Below the pieces are notes generated by a model. That model was not told the DNA's origin. It made no database searches and saw only the letters and a list, made by a program, of their open reading frames with translations. This document shows, in pieces, positions 1 to 9,489 of a stretch of 55,857 nucleotides of DNA. A program made the position numbers and the translations under genes. Source of the DNA: a virus; IMG/VR virus record IMGVR_UViG_3300010357_001710; one strand, 5' to 3'. Position 1 is the stretch's first letter; every line of letters starts with the position of its first letter.

Positions 1-127
1 ATAACTAAGTTTAATGAAATACTTACAACAGTAAAAATGAAAGTCTTATTTTTATTTTCAAATTTTGTGGCAAATGATAAAGATTTGAAAAAGAAAGAAA
101 GCTAAGGAGAATAAAAATGGCTCAAAC
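1..127. repeat. Terminal overlap copy 1 (identical to 55731-55857). Indicates a circularly closed contig with unique length 55,730 bp
   Basis: The 127 nt from 'ataactaagtttaatg' to 'aaaaatggctcaaac' occur verbatim at both ends. The overlap cuts through the start of the tape-measure ORF (ATG 117 = 55847). Confidence 0.95.
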
Positions 128-2174
128 TTTTACTGACATGATATTAAACTTCTTTTTTAAAGTAAACGGTGATGATATACCAAAAACGTCAGAGGATGTA
201 GACGGTCTTGGAGAAAAAACAAAAAAGACCACTACATCTATAACTGACTTAAATCAAGCAGTTCAACTTCTTTCTTCACAATTAAACTCAGCAAAAAATT
301 ATATTTCTGGATTTGTAACCGCTTTTGCAGAAAGTGAAAATTCTGTAAATCTATTAAAGTCTGCTATTGAAATAACTGGTAATTCTTCTACAGAACTTTA
401 CCCAAAATTTGAAAAGTTATCTAAACTTATGCAGAAAAATTTTGGAATAAGTGACGAAACTATTCTTGATTTACAAAGATATGGATTGCAACTAGGGGCA
501 TTACCAGGTGAATTAGAACAAATGACTCAGTATGCAATAGGCGTTTCAAAATCTTTTGGAATAGATTTAACTTTAGCAATGCGTCAAGTAATTTCTGCAG
601 GTGAAGGAAATTACATGATGCTTCAAAGATATTTACCTTCATTAAGAAACGCAACAAGTGAAACTGAAAAAGCTGCTATAGTTCAAAAATTCTTTGCAGA
701 TGCTTGGAATATTGCTAATGAAAATGCAGGAAATACAAAATCTGTGCTAGATAGAACTACTGAAACAATTGGTGATGTTAAAGAAATTATAGGTGAAACA
801 TTAGCACAAGCAATAAATCCATTGCTAACAGCCTTTGCTGATTTAATTGATTCTACTCCAAAATGGGTTATTCAAACAACCGGATTGATTACAGTAATTG
901 GCTCGCTAACAGCTATTTTAATTCCAGCAGTTGCAGCAATAAAATCATTATCTGTTGCTTTCAAAGCTCTTGGAGTTCAAATGTCATCTACACTAGGTGT
1001 TATTGGATTAGTATCTGCTGCTTTAAGCTCATTAATTTTTTTACTTATTGATTATAAGCAAAAAGAATTAGACGCTTTTGATTTAGAAGTAGAAACTAAT
1101 AATCAAAGAACAAAAGCGTTAGATGAAATTGCTAAAAAATATGGTTTGAACGCTGCTGAGTTAAGAAAAATAGTTGTGTATGAGAGGTATATCTCAGAAG
1201 AAAAGAACAAACAAAAAGAATTAGAGTCACAATTAGAAACTATTAAAAATTATGCCGGTGGTCAATATCGTGATGAATTAATTTTAGCAAAAGAAAAAGA
1301 AATATCAAAGTACAAAGAAAGACAACTGATGTGGACAACAAAACTTAATGAGCAACAAGAGATATTGAAAAATGCGATTGGCTCTACAGATTGGGACGCT
1401 ATTTTAAAAGCAGGAGAAAAAGTTCCGGATATAGGAAACAATCAATTTACAGTTACTGATGAAGATGAAGTTAGAGCACAGCTATATTTACAGTGGTTGA
1501 ATGAAAAATTGATGGAACAATATAACTTAAAAAAAGCATGGCAGCAATTTGAAATTGATGAAGATTGGAAAAATAAAGAAGAAGAAGAAGAAAAAAGAAT
1601 TGAAGAAGAAAAAATAAAACGTATGAAAGAAAAACTATTAGAACAAGAAAATATGTTACGCCAAAGCTGGGGTTCTATTTCTAAGGGTTTTGCAGATATG
1701 TATGAGCAACTTTTAAAAGGAGAAAAAGGCTGGTGGAAAGCTATGCTAACTGGAATGAAAGACGCAATAGCTTCAGCAATAAGAATGCTTGAAGCTAAAG
1801 CATTAGCAACAGCTTTTTCAAAAGGCTTTGCAGGAATACCAGAAGCTTTGTGGGTAACTTTAAGATATGAATCACTAATTGGTGCACTTCAAGCAATTAA
1901 ATTTGCTCAAGGTGGAGTAGTTGACCAACCCACTTTAGCTCTTTTAGGAGAAGCAGGACAACGAGAATTCGTGACTCCAGAAATTACATTTGAAAAGAAA
2001 TTTGACCAACTAGCAAGTAAGTTATTCTCAAAAAATTCTGGAAGTACAGGTCAAACAATTATTGTAGAATTTAAACCACAAACGGCTCTTGCATCTGATG
2101 AAGAATCAGCAAAAAATCTTATCAATATGATTAGAGAATTTTCTGAAAATCAAGAAGGTTTGGTCTTATCATGA
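117..2174 (+). CDS. Tail tape measure protein
   Basis: 685 aa directly after the chaperone/frameshift pair. Central hydrophobic stretch (WVIQTTGLITVIGSLTAILIPAVAAIKSL...LIFLLIDY) and a long E/K coiled-coil segment. RBS AAGGAG upstream. Confidence 0.85.
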   Translation: MAQTFTDMILNFFFKVNGDDIPKTSEDVDGLGEKTKKTTTSITDLNQAVQLLSSQLNSAKNYISGFVTAFAESENSVNLLKSAIEITGNSSTELYPKFEKLSKLMQKNFGISDETILDLQRYGLQLGALPGELEQMTQYAIGVSKSFGIDLTLAMRQVISAGEGNYMMLQRYLPSLRNATSETEKAAIVQKFFADAWNIANENAGNTKSVLDRTTETIGDVKEIIGETLAQAINPLLTAFADLIDSTPKWVIQTTGLITVIGSLTAILIPAVAAIKSLSVAFKALGVQMSSTLGVIGLVSAALSSLIFLLIDYKQKELDAFDLEVETNNQRTKALDEIAKKYGLNAAELRKIVVYERYISEEKNKQKELESQLETIKNYAGGQYRDELILAKEKEISKYKERQLMWTTKLNEQQEILKNAIGSTDWDAILKAGEKVPDIGNNQFTVTDEDEVRAQLYLQWLNEKLMEQYNLKKAWQQFEIDEDWKNKEEEEEKRIEEEKIKRMKEKLLEQENMLRQSWGSISKGFADMYEQLLKGEKGWWKAMLTGMKDAIASAIRMLEAKALATAFSKGFAGIPEALWVTLRYESLIGALQAIKFAQGGVVDQPTLALLGEAGQREFVTPEITFEKKFDQLASKLFSKNSGSTGQTIIVEFKPQTALASDEESAKNLINMIREFSENQEGLVLS

Positions 2175-4489
2175 GCTTTAAGTATTATTTACATATTAAT
2201 AATTTAGAAGAAGCAAACAAATATGAAATAACTTCAGATGTTCACATGGGTTCAGTATCAGAATTGTCTGAGTACTTAGATTTAAAAGATTTTTCTTATA
2301 AACTTTCAGATGTAAATATAAAGATTGCAGATTTTGACTTACAAAATTCTTTGAATGTTACTTCTTTGTATAACTTACTACTAACTAATGATTGCTTTTT
2401 ATCTATTTACTATAAGACATCAATAATATTCTTAGGAAAGCTTAAGAAAAATACTTTAAAGAAAAAAATTGATAAAATGAAATTTTTTACAGAAGCTACT
2501 TTTGTTAATTTTATTTCATACTTATCTAGCCAAAAAATTAGTACACCGTATAAGCAAAATTTGTCTATAAAAGAGTCTATAGAGTATGTATTGAATCGAG
2601 CCTATGGAAATAAGGTTGGAAAATATCAAACAAATGGAACGATTAATGGCTCTTCTCCGAATTATAATCTTATTCTCACTAAAGACTCTAATAATCCTAT
2701 GCTAGAACTTTCTGAATCTACTACTTATTGGTTATTAATAGGAGATGAGATTATTGAGATTTCTTCAGTAAATATCTTCAATTCACAAGTAATTTTATAT
2801 TTTTTAGAAAGTAATAGAGAGCAATTTAATTCAGATAGATACACTTCAGGAGAAACTGAATGTTATGTGTATAAAGACATGGATGACATCAATTATATAT
2901 CTGGTGTTGTTGCTGAGGATTCTAAAAATATGTTTTTAAGAATACCCGGAATTCTTGGTGACTTAATTGAGTACGGAAAAAGTGATACTGATGTAGATTA
3001 TAATTCTACAAAAGCTTATGTATTAAGTAATGCTTCTAATTTGTGGGATAGAGAATTATATCTTTTAGAAACTATGACTACATCTAATGTAATAAAAGAA
3101 AACATTGGAAAAATTTTTGATCAATATGTTCAACTTGGTGGATTAGATTATGAAGTTTACAAAATAATTCCAGTAATAAAAAACTATTATGCAAAAAGTA
3201 ATGGAATTACTTCAGACCATATAATATTTAAAGTTATCTATATTCGAACTAGCATGGGAATTACTACATACGTGAAAGGTTGGAGAGTTTATAATACTTC
3301 TACAAAAGCATGGATTACTTCTGGTACTTCAACAATAATAAACCCAACGACTATTACAACGTCGTCAGAACTTACATCAATAATGAATGAAAAAGCAATA
3401 ATAAATAAAGATGCACTTAGAGGTTCTCCAATTTATTTATCAAGCGGAACTTGGTATGAAGTTGATTATTTCTCAATACGGATTTCTGCAGTAGTGAATG
3501 GAAGAACATATTTAACTTTATCAGATGGAAGCGTTCAAGTTTCTGGTGTTGGAAATTTTGTAATTCTTCCTATAGTTTTTAGTGATTTAATTTCTCAGTA
3601 TTTTTATTTTATTGAAAAAGATATAGATGGAAAATGTTACATAGTTGGAGAGAACGGGTTTGATTTATCTTATCAAACAGATTTGTTCACCACTATAGAT
3701 GGAGCAATTTCATCTACTAAAGAAGAAATACCTACTGGATTTATTGTGGGTTCTATGAAATATAGAAATGATGTTGAAACTAATTGCTATTCTAAAGTAA
3801 TGTATCAATATGTTTCTAATCAAGAGTATAAGCAAATTTATATTCATTGGAATTATAATACAGCTACATTTTCTTTTGAAGACATTGAAAACGTATTGCT
3901 AGAAACTGAATATTTAGAGCATTTGCAAATTGGATATACTTCTGCATATTCATATAATAATAAATTTTTAAATACTGCAGATGTTTATTCAACATTAGTA
4001 GATGACAAAGATAAATTAAATATTTTTAATGATTTTAGAAAATTAATATTGAACATTTTTTACTATAATTTTTCTGATAATAAAATCTATTTTAGAAACT
4101 TATTTTTATTGTTTGAGCAAGAATCTTCTTATACTTTAGAAAGTAATCAATACGAGATTGTTGAAATTTTTGAAATAAACCCTACAGATGTTAGTGATTC
4201 TTTTTTAAAAGATGTCCAAGATAAAATAGTTCAATACGTATGTAGAAAAAAATTTGAAAAATTCTTTTCACTATATTATAAAGTAGTAAAAATAAAATGC
4301 GCAAAGGATTCAATATTAAAGATTTTAGAGCATGGAGCATTAAAAACTTCTGATGGTGATGAATATAAATCTGTAGTAATAGGAACAAAATATTATACAG
4401 ACGAAAAGTCTTATAACGAGTATACTCTAATTTATGGATATTCTAATAAGATTTATACTTATAACGTTACAGCAAATATTACTACTTAG
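2171..4489 (+). CDS. Tail/baseplate protein (distal-tail or hub position)
   Basis: 772-aa ORF overlapping the TMP stop (ATGA). Position matches siphovirus Dit/Tal-type proteins. No motif recognised. Confidence 0.4.
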   Translation: MSFKYYLHINNLEEANKYEITSDVHMGSVSELSEYLDLKDFSYKLSDVNIKIADFDLQNSLNVTSLYNLLLTNDCFLSIYYKTSIIFLGKLKKNTLKKKIDKMKFFTEATFVNFISYLSSQKISTPYKQNLSIKESIEYVLNRAYGNKVGKYQTNGTINGSSPNYNLILTKDSNNPMLELSESTTYWLLIGDEIIEISSVNIFNSQVILYFLESNREQFNSDRYTSGETECYVYKDMDDINYISGVVAEDSKNMFLRIPGILGDLIEYGKSDTDVDYNSTKAYVLSNASNLWDRELYLLETMTTSNVIKENIGKIFDQYVQLGGLDYEVYKIIPVIKNYYAKSNGITSDHIIFKVIYIRTSMGITTYVKGWRVYNTSTKAWITSGTSTIINPTTITTSSELTSIMNEKAIINKDALRGSPIYLSSGTWYEVDYFSIRISAVVNGRTYLTLSDGSVQVSGVGNFVILPIVFSDLISQYFYFIEKDIDGKCYIVGENGFDLSYQTDLFTTIDGAISSTKEEIPTGFIVGSMKYRNDVETNCYSKVMYQYVSNQEYKQIYIHWNYNTATFSFEDIENVLLETEYLEHLQIGYTSAYSYNNKFLNTADVYSTLVDDKDKLNIFNDFRKLILNIFYYNFSDNKIYFRNLFLLFEQESSYTLESNQYEIVEIFEINPTDVSDSFLKDVQDKIVQYVCRKKFEKFFSLYYKVVKIKCAKDSILKILEHGALKTSDGDEYKSVVIGTKYYTDEKSYNEYTLIYGYSNKIYTYNVTANITT

Positions 4490-4499
4490 TGGAGGAAAT

Positions 4500-4955
4500 A
4501 TGCCGGTAGACAAAAGACTTTCTTTATTGACAGGGGATAGAAAACTAACTTTTAATATTTATAATTCTTCTACTGATGCTCTTATTGTTTCTTATAATTT
4601 TCCAACCCCACAAGTATTTTTTCCAGATATAGAAGAGACAAAGTTTTCTTATATAGACGGAGGATTTACTAAGAGACAAAAAGTTTGTGGTTATTACAAC
4701 AAGGTAAAAATAGAATATTTTCCGTCAATTCTTACAAGTACTCAGCTAACTAATTTTAATGCTATAAAAGAATATTCAAGACAAAGTGGAGTTTATATTA
4801 AATTGAAACCTTCTACAGATGTTTCTTTTACTGACATAATTAATATTCAAAAATTAGAGTTTACTCAGGAAGATAATAATAACAATATTGTTGGGGTAAA
4901 GATGGAAGTAGATTTTATAACATTTCAAACTGACTCAACTTATTTAGTTCTTTAG
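4500..4955 (+). CDS. Tail/baseplate-associated protein, function unknown
   Basis: ATG at 4500 is preceded by GGAGG (4491-4495). The track start at 4434 lies inside the upstream gene. Confidence 0.5.
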   Translation: MPVDKRLSLLTGDRKLTFNIYNSSTDALIVSYNFPTPQVFFPDIEETKFSYIDGGFTKRQKVCGYYNKVKIEYFPSILTSTQLTNFNAIKEYSRQSGVYIKLKPSTDVSFTDIINIQKLEFTQEDNNNNIVGVKMEVDFITFQTDSTYLVL

Positions 4956-4968
4956 GAGGTGAAAAATA

Positions 4969-6579
4969 ATGCGAGTATATGTAAATTTAGTAGATAAATT
5001 TGGAAATCCACTTTCTAACGACTATGTTACTACAGCTATTTTGAAGTTATCGTCAGATAATTCTACAGTAACAGACATTTTTACAAAAGTTGGAAAATTT
5101 TGTCTATATTTTGAAATAGCTGATTCATCAAAAATAGACTGTTATGTAGTTATTAATGGAAACACAATAATTAGTGATTATAATATCTTAGGTGTAAGTC
5201 ATACTCATGTTAGTAATGAACTTGACTTATCTAGTATAATAAATGTTGCTAATGGAATTGCAGGACTTGATTCAAATGGAAAAGTAGCTACTGCTCAATT
5301 GCCAGATTCTATATTAGGAGCATTGAAATATCAAGGAGTTTGGAATGCTTCTGGTGGGACTTATCCAGCTTCTCCACAAGACGGATATTACTGGATAATA
5401 TCTGTTGCAGGAACTTTAGGTGGAGTTGATTATGAAATAGGTGATTGGTTAACTTATAATTCTTCAACTTGGTCTAAAATAGATAATAGTGACAAAGTTA
5501 GTTCTGTAAATGGAAAAACGGGTGTTGTTACTATAACTTTAGGAGATATAGGTGCAGAAGGAGCTATTTCAAAATCTACTGGATATCTTACATGGACTGG
5601 AAGTGCTTGGTCATGGAAAAATGAAACTTATAGTTTAAGTAGTCATAATCATAGCGGAGTTTATCAACCTATAGATTCTGATTTAAGTGCAATTGCAGCA
5701 CTATCTGTAAGCGGAGTACCTTATAAATCCAGTCTTGGAGTTTGGTCTATGAGTATTTACTTATTAGAGCTGGCTGAGTTTTTAAGCACAGCAGCTACTG
5801 ATGGATTCTTAAAATATAGTCATTTGTCTGGATTATTTTCAATAGATACTACTACTTATTTATCTTCTATTGCTGCAAATTCTATTTCAAATACTATGTT
5901 AAATGATATGGCTCAATCTACAATTAAAGGAAGAGCATCAGGCGCCGGAACTGGAGACCCAACTGATTTAACAGCTGCACAGGTGAGAACAATTATTAAT
6001 GTTGCTGATGGTGCAAATGCGTATGTTCACCCTAACCATTCAGGAGACGTAACTTCTGTTGGAGATGGAGCAACGACTATTGCAAGCAATGCAGTGACAA
6101 ATACTAAGTTAGCAGATATGGCTGCAAATACTATTAAAGGCAATAACACAGGTTCAGCTGCAGACCCAAAGGATTTGACTGTTGCAGAAGTTTTGTCGCT
6201 GTTGGGTGCTATAACAGCAGCATCAACAGACACTCTTACAAATAAAACATTGACAGCACCAAAATTTGCGAATAGTGGATATTTAGCAGATACAAACGGT
6301 AATGAGCTATTGAAGTTTATAGTGGTAGCTTCGGCAGTTAATGAGGTTTCATTAAAAAACAACACTACAGGTAATGCACCAGAAGTACAAGCAACAGGTG
6401 GAGATACTAATATAAATCTTAAACTTGTTGCAAAAGGAACTGGACAAATAGAAAATGGTTCACCATTCAAGAATTATTTATGCACATCTTTTCCTACAGG
6501 TGTTGAGGGAATGAAAGTTTATAGAACAGATTTGCATGGAGAATTTACTTACAATGGAACTTCTTGGGTAGAGGTATAA
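4969..6579 (+). CDS. Tail fibre / receptor-binding protein
   Basis: 536 aa, Gly/Thr/Ser/Asn-rich. Contains the motif 'GIAGLDSNGKV..QLP' and a tandem internal repeat ('NTMLNDMAQSTIKGRASGAGTGDPTDLTAAQV' / 'NTKLADMAANTIKGNNTGSAADPKDLTVAEV'). The C-terminal part is visibly richer in G+C than the genome. Confidence 0.75.
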   Translation: MRVYVNLVDKFGNPLSNDYVTTAILKLSSDNSTVTDIFTKVGKFCLYFEIADSSKIDCYVVINGNTIISDYNILGVSHTHVSNELDLSSIINVANGIAGLDSNGKVATAQLPDSILGALKYQGVWNASGGTYPASPQDGYYWIISVAGTLGGVDYEIGDWLTYNSSTWSKIDNSDKVSSVNGKTGVVTITLGDIGAEGAISKSTGYLTWTGSAWSWKNETYSLSSHNHSGVYQPIDSDLSAIAALSVSGVPYKSSLGVWSMSIYLLELAEFLSTAATDGFLKYSHLSGLFSIDTTTYLSSIAANSISNTMLNDMAQSTIKGRASGAGTGDPTDLTAAQVRTIINVADGANAYVHPNHSGDVTSVGDGATTIASNAVTNTKLADMAANTIKGNNTGSAADPKDLTVAEVLSLLGAITAASTDTLTNKTLTAPKFANSGYLADTNGNELLKFIVVASAVNEVSLKNNTTGNAPEVQATGGDTNINLKLVAKGTGQIENGSPFKNYLCTSFPTGVEGMKVYRTDLHGEFTYNGTSWVEV

Positions 6580-6581
6580 TT

Positions 6582-7148
6582 ATGGCTGTTGGTGATGCTT
6601 GCACTGTTGGACAAAGAGCAAAAAAGAATGGGTATTGGTATGAATGCGTTTCTACTAATGTTTGGAGGATTGTGCAGCCAACTTGTCTTGAGTGCACAAA
6701 ATTTACCGGTGGAACGCTTAACAACGGAGGTTATACTTTTACTAGTGCTTCTCCACCGAACGGTGCTAAAATAGCCGGAGACTATCCTTCTACAGGTGAT
6801 AGATTTTGCTGGGTTTATAGTACTATAGTTGGTGCTTGGCAAAAGAAAAGTAATGCTGATTGCGGTGATGAAACTTCTGGCGGTGCGTGGTATGGGTGTA
6901 CAGTTACCTCATGCGTAGCACTTGGAGGAATCTGTATACAAAACACTGATTGTTGTTATTATGACGGGTCAGGTTATATTATCTGCGAAGAAGTATTTGG
7001 CGGGAAAAAATGTATTACATGCCAAAGTTGTGTAATGCTATGGGAAGGTGTAGGTTGTAGCCCTAACGGTGCATATAGGTGTAATAACACGTTACGGTGC
7101 ATCGCTGGCGTATGGACATCAGTTGGTACTTGTCCTGAACCATCTTAA
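6582..7148 (+). CDS. Cysteine-rich protein (19 Cys in 188 aa), tail-module accessory, function unknown
   Basis: ATG 6582 follows the fibre stop (6577-6579). Many CxxC/CC spacings (CLEC, DCC, CITCQSC). Locally elevated G+C. Confidence 0.6.
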   Translation: MAVGDACTVGQRAKKNGYWYECVSTNVWRIVQPTCLECTKFTGGTLNNGGYTFTSASPPNGAKIAGDYPSTGDRFCWVYSTIVGAWQKKSNADCGDETSGGAWYGCTVTSCVALGGICIQNTDCCYYDGSGYIICEEVFGGKKCITCQSCVMLWEGVGCSPNGAYRCNNTLRCIAGVWTSVGTCPEPS

Positions 7149-7163
7149 AAAAAAGGAGTTTTT

Positions 7164-7451
7164 ATGGAGATTGTTTTATTTTCAAAAGACGGTTGTCAAT
7201 ACTGTGATATGATGCAAATGGCTATAATGAAAGAAGAAAGCATTCCAGATGGCGCTACTTTTTCTGTAATAACTATTGATGAGAATAACATTAAAGATTA
7301 TAGAGAAGAATTTATAGAAGCTACAGGCTCGCAGCAAATTGGATTTCCAATAACAAAGATTAAGACAGTTAAAAATGAAGTTAGATATTTAGATTACATC
7401 GTTGGTTATAGTTTAAAACAATTGAAAGAAATAATAACAAAGAGAAAATAA
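7164..7451 (+). CDS. Glutaredoxin/NrdH-like thiol-disulfide oxidoreductase
   Basis: N-terminus 'IVLFSKDGCQYCDMM' (beta-strand followed by a CxxC active site), ~95 aa thioredoxin-fold size. AAGGAG RBS. Confidence 0.65.
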   Translation: MEIVLFSKDGCQYCDMMQMAIMKEESIPDGATFSVITIDENNIKDYREEFIEATGSQQIGFPITKIKTVKNEVRYLDYIVGYSLKQLKEIITKRK

Positions 7452-7472
7452 TTACTACATCGGGAGGAAATA

Positions 7473-8147
7473 ATGGAAGTCTTTTTTGCTGAATTTGTAA
7501 AAGTTTTAACAACACAGGGTGGAGTAATAAACTCAATACTTTTTCTACTAATGCTTATAATGTGGTGGAAAAAACCCAATGAGTTAGATAAAAAAATAAT
7601 AAAGCTTGAAGAAAACTTAAATGAAAAGCATAAAGAATTGCATCATAATATTGTAAAGATAGCAGAAAAGATTGACTTACGATTGTCTTTTAAAGAGCAA
7701 TTAGACTTTTTTAGAGAAGAATTGCAGGAAATTGTTGCTAATGGAAATCAGTATCTTCAAAATAAAAATATTCAACAATACTATTGTTATAAAATGAGTA
7801 TGGTAATTGATTCTTTTATGAAATTACATTTTTCAAAATACGAAAAGCATGAAGATTTTTTATTTTTTAAAGCTTCTATTCAACAAAAATCTGATGAGTG
7901 TTATGAAAAAGCTATAGAATTTGTGAACGAACTATTTGCGAATACTTTTTATTTAGACCACTCTGTAAGAACTGTTAAATTATTAGAAGACTTAGAAAAA
8001 ATCTTCAATGATAGAGTAAATGCAAAAGTAGAAAGAGCGCAAGTAGTATATAAAAAGTTCATACAAGAAACAATTAGTGATTTTTATTCTACACAAAATG
8101 AAATTGGTAATAATGTTGAAACTAAAATATCTCAAGTAGAGATTTAA
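7473..8147 (+). CDS. Membrane-anchored coiled-coil protein, unknown function
   Basis: N-terminal TM segment (VINSILFLLMLIMWW) followed by an E/K-rich helical region. GGGAGG RBS. Confidence 0.5.
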   Translation: MEVFFAEFVKVLTTQGGVINSILFLLMLIMWWKKPNELDKKIIKLEENLNEKHKELHHNIVKIAEKIDLRLSFKEQLDFFREELQEIVANGNQYLQNKNIQQYYCYKMSMVIDSFMKLHFSKYEKHEDFLFFKASIQQKSDECYEKAIEFVNELFANTFYLDHSVRTVKLLEDLEKIFNDRVNAKVERAQVVYKKFIQETISDFYSTQNEIGNNVETKISQVEI

Positions 8148-8158
8148 AGGAGGAATTT

Positions 8159-8716
8159 ATGTCACATGAAGATGTATCAGTTTTTGGTCATGGTGGATTT
8201 ACTGGTGCGCTTGACAGGGAAGGCCATTTTTGCGACCTCGCAGAGTCTATGATAGAAAGATATGCAAATCAAGGAGAAGTGTGGAGAATTGGTTCAGAAT
8301 ATCAATCATTAGCAGCAGATGGTGATTCATATACTTTACACTTTAAAACTCCTCTTACAGGAATCTCTTTATATGGTTTTTCTTCAATAGCAAAAACTGG
8401 TAATGAATTACTTGTAACTTTAATAGAAGGTGGAACTTATTCTGATGGTAGTGAAATTACTGCTTGGAATCTAAATAGAATAGTAGGAGATTCTAACTGT
8501 CCTTTTACACTATTGAAAAAAGGTGGGACAATAGCAGATGGAACTTCTGCTCCTAGTAATATGATTCCTGGAACTGCACAAGGAAATGTTAAACCTGGAG
8601 GTTCGTCAGAGGGTTCTGGATTTATTCTATTAAAAGCAAATACAGAATATACTTTAAAAGTTACTGCAAAAGGAGCTGTTACTTTTGCTATTATTGCAAC
8701 ACTAATTAATACTTAG
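8159..8716 (+). CDS. Hypothetical Gly/Thr-rich protein (possible virion or fibre accessory)
   Basis: 185-aa ORF with AGGAGG RBS and higher G+C than its surroundings. No motif recognised. Confidence 0.45.
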   Translation: MSHEDVSVFGHGGFTGALDREGHFCDLAESMIERYANQGEVWRIGSEYQSLAADGDSYTLHFKTPLTGISLYGFSSIAKTGNELLVTLIEGGTYSDGSEITAWNLNRIVGDSNCPFTLLKKGGTIADGTSAPSNMIPGTAQGNVKPGGSSEGSGFILLKANTEYTLKVTAKGAVTFAIIATLINT

Positions 8717-8725
8717 GAGAAAAGA

Positions 8726-8932
8726 ATGAGAAAATTTACAGCAAAGTTGCAATCTATAAAATTAAATATTTTGATTTTTTCTTTACTGTTGTCATTTTTA
8801 CTTTGTTGGAAAGAAAAAATTTCTGGAGAAAATTTATCAACTATTTGGGTCGTTATTATACCTGCCTTCTTTGCGGTCAATGGGTATCAACACTCTGTTT
8901 ATAGTAAAAAAGAAAGCGAGGATTCTAAATGA
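8726..8932 (+). CDS. Holin (putative)
   Basis: 68 aa with two hydrophobic segments (LNILIFSLLLSFLLCW, IWVVIIPAFFAVNGY) and a charged C-terminus (KKESEDSK). Overlaps the start of the amidase gene. Confidence 0.6.
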   Translation: MRKFTAKLQSIKLNILIFSLLLSFLLCWKEKISGENLSTIWVVIIPAFFAVNGYQHSVYSKKESEDSK

Positions 8933-9489
8933 AAATAATTGAAGCGTATGTTCCTATTTCACAATTTACAAGAACTGGTAAAAAACTCAAAGAATTTAGA
9001 GGCATAGTAATTCATTATCCAGAATGGCCAAATGGCAGTGCTAAAAAAATTATTGATGACAATACAATGATACCAAAAATAAATGCTAAATTGCCACCAG
9101 AAAAGTTTAAATTCGCATCTTTTAACGAAGTTATTGATTTAAATGGAGATATTTATTTGACAGTTCCAGAAGATGAAATGTGTTACCATGTTGGAAGCAA
9201 TTCATATAGTGAACTAATTAGAACTAGATTGAATAATCGCTATCCTAATTTATATCTATATGGGATTGAAGCAACACATATAGACAAAGAAGGTAGAATG
9301 ACTGATGAAACTTTTGATTCACTTGTGAAAAGATGCGCATATTTACTAAAAAAATATTCTCTTACAGTAAACGAATTATATAGACATTTCGACATTACAG
9401 GAAAAAGATGCCCTTTGTGGTTTGTAACTAATTATGGAGAATGGATTCAATTTAAAAAGCTAGTAGATTCTGAGATGAGAAAAATATGA
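8929..9489 (+). CDS. N-acetylmuramoyl-L-alanine amidase (endolysin, Amidase_2/PGRP type)
   Basis: Motifs 'GIVIHYPEWPN', 'CYHVG' and 'YRHFDITGKRCPLWF' (H..D..GK.CP). No appended cell-wall-binding domain. Confidence 0.85.
   Translation: MKIIEAYVPISQFTRTGKKLKEFRGIVIHYPEWPNGSAKKIIDDNTMIPKINAKLPPEKFKFASFNEVIDLNGDIYLTVPEDEMCYHVGSNSYSELIRTRLNNRYPNLYLYGIEATHIDKEGRMTDETFDSLVKRCAYLLKKYSLTVNELYRHFDITGKRCPLWFVTNYGEWIQFKKLVDSEMRKI

Noticed and set aside
1-127. 127-bp direct terminal repeat as the physical genome ends
   Set aside because: The exact length of 127 and its position inside the chaperone extension and tape-measure start point to an assembler k-mer overlap on a circular contig rather than a biological DTR.
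6027-6470. Antisense or alternative-frame ORFs inside long genes: 460-657, 863-1051, 4191-4388, 6027-6470, 6549-6842, 6589-6774, 10637-10873, 11849-12112, 14842-15156, 16848-17063, 17925-18344, 19734-19931, 22468-22725, 24665-24862, 26120-26347, 26666-26884, 28136-28483, 29001-29195, 30648-30905, 35483-35821, 36599-36793, 37204-37485, 38920-39228, 39622-39876, 41207-41389, 42389-42589, 42885-43133, 43362-43559, 45216-45455, 45355-45693, 45879-46319, 49220-49417, 50086-50289, 50474-50680, 53544-53795
   Set aside because: These are shadow ORFs on the opposite strand or in another frame of well-supported genes. They have no RBS, a skewed low-complexity composition, and would break the strict strand polarity of each arm.
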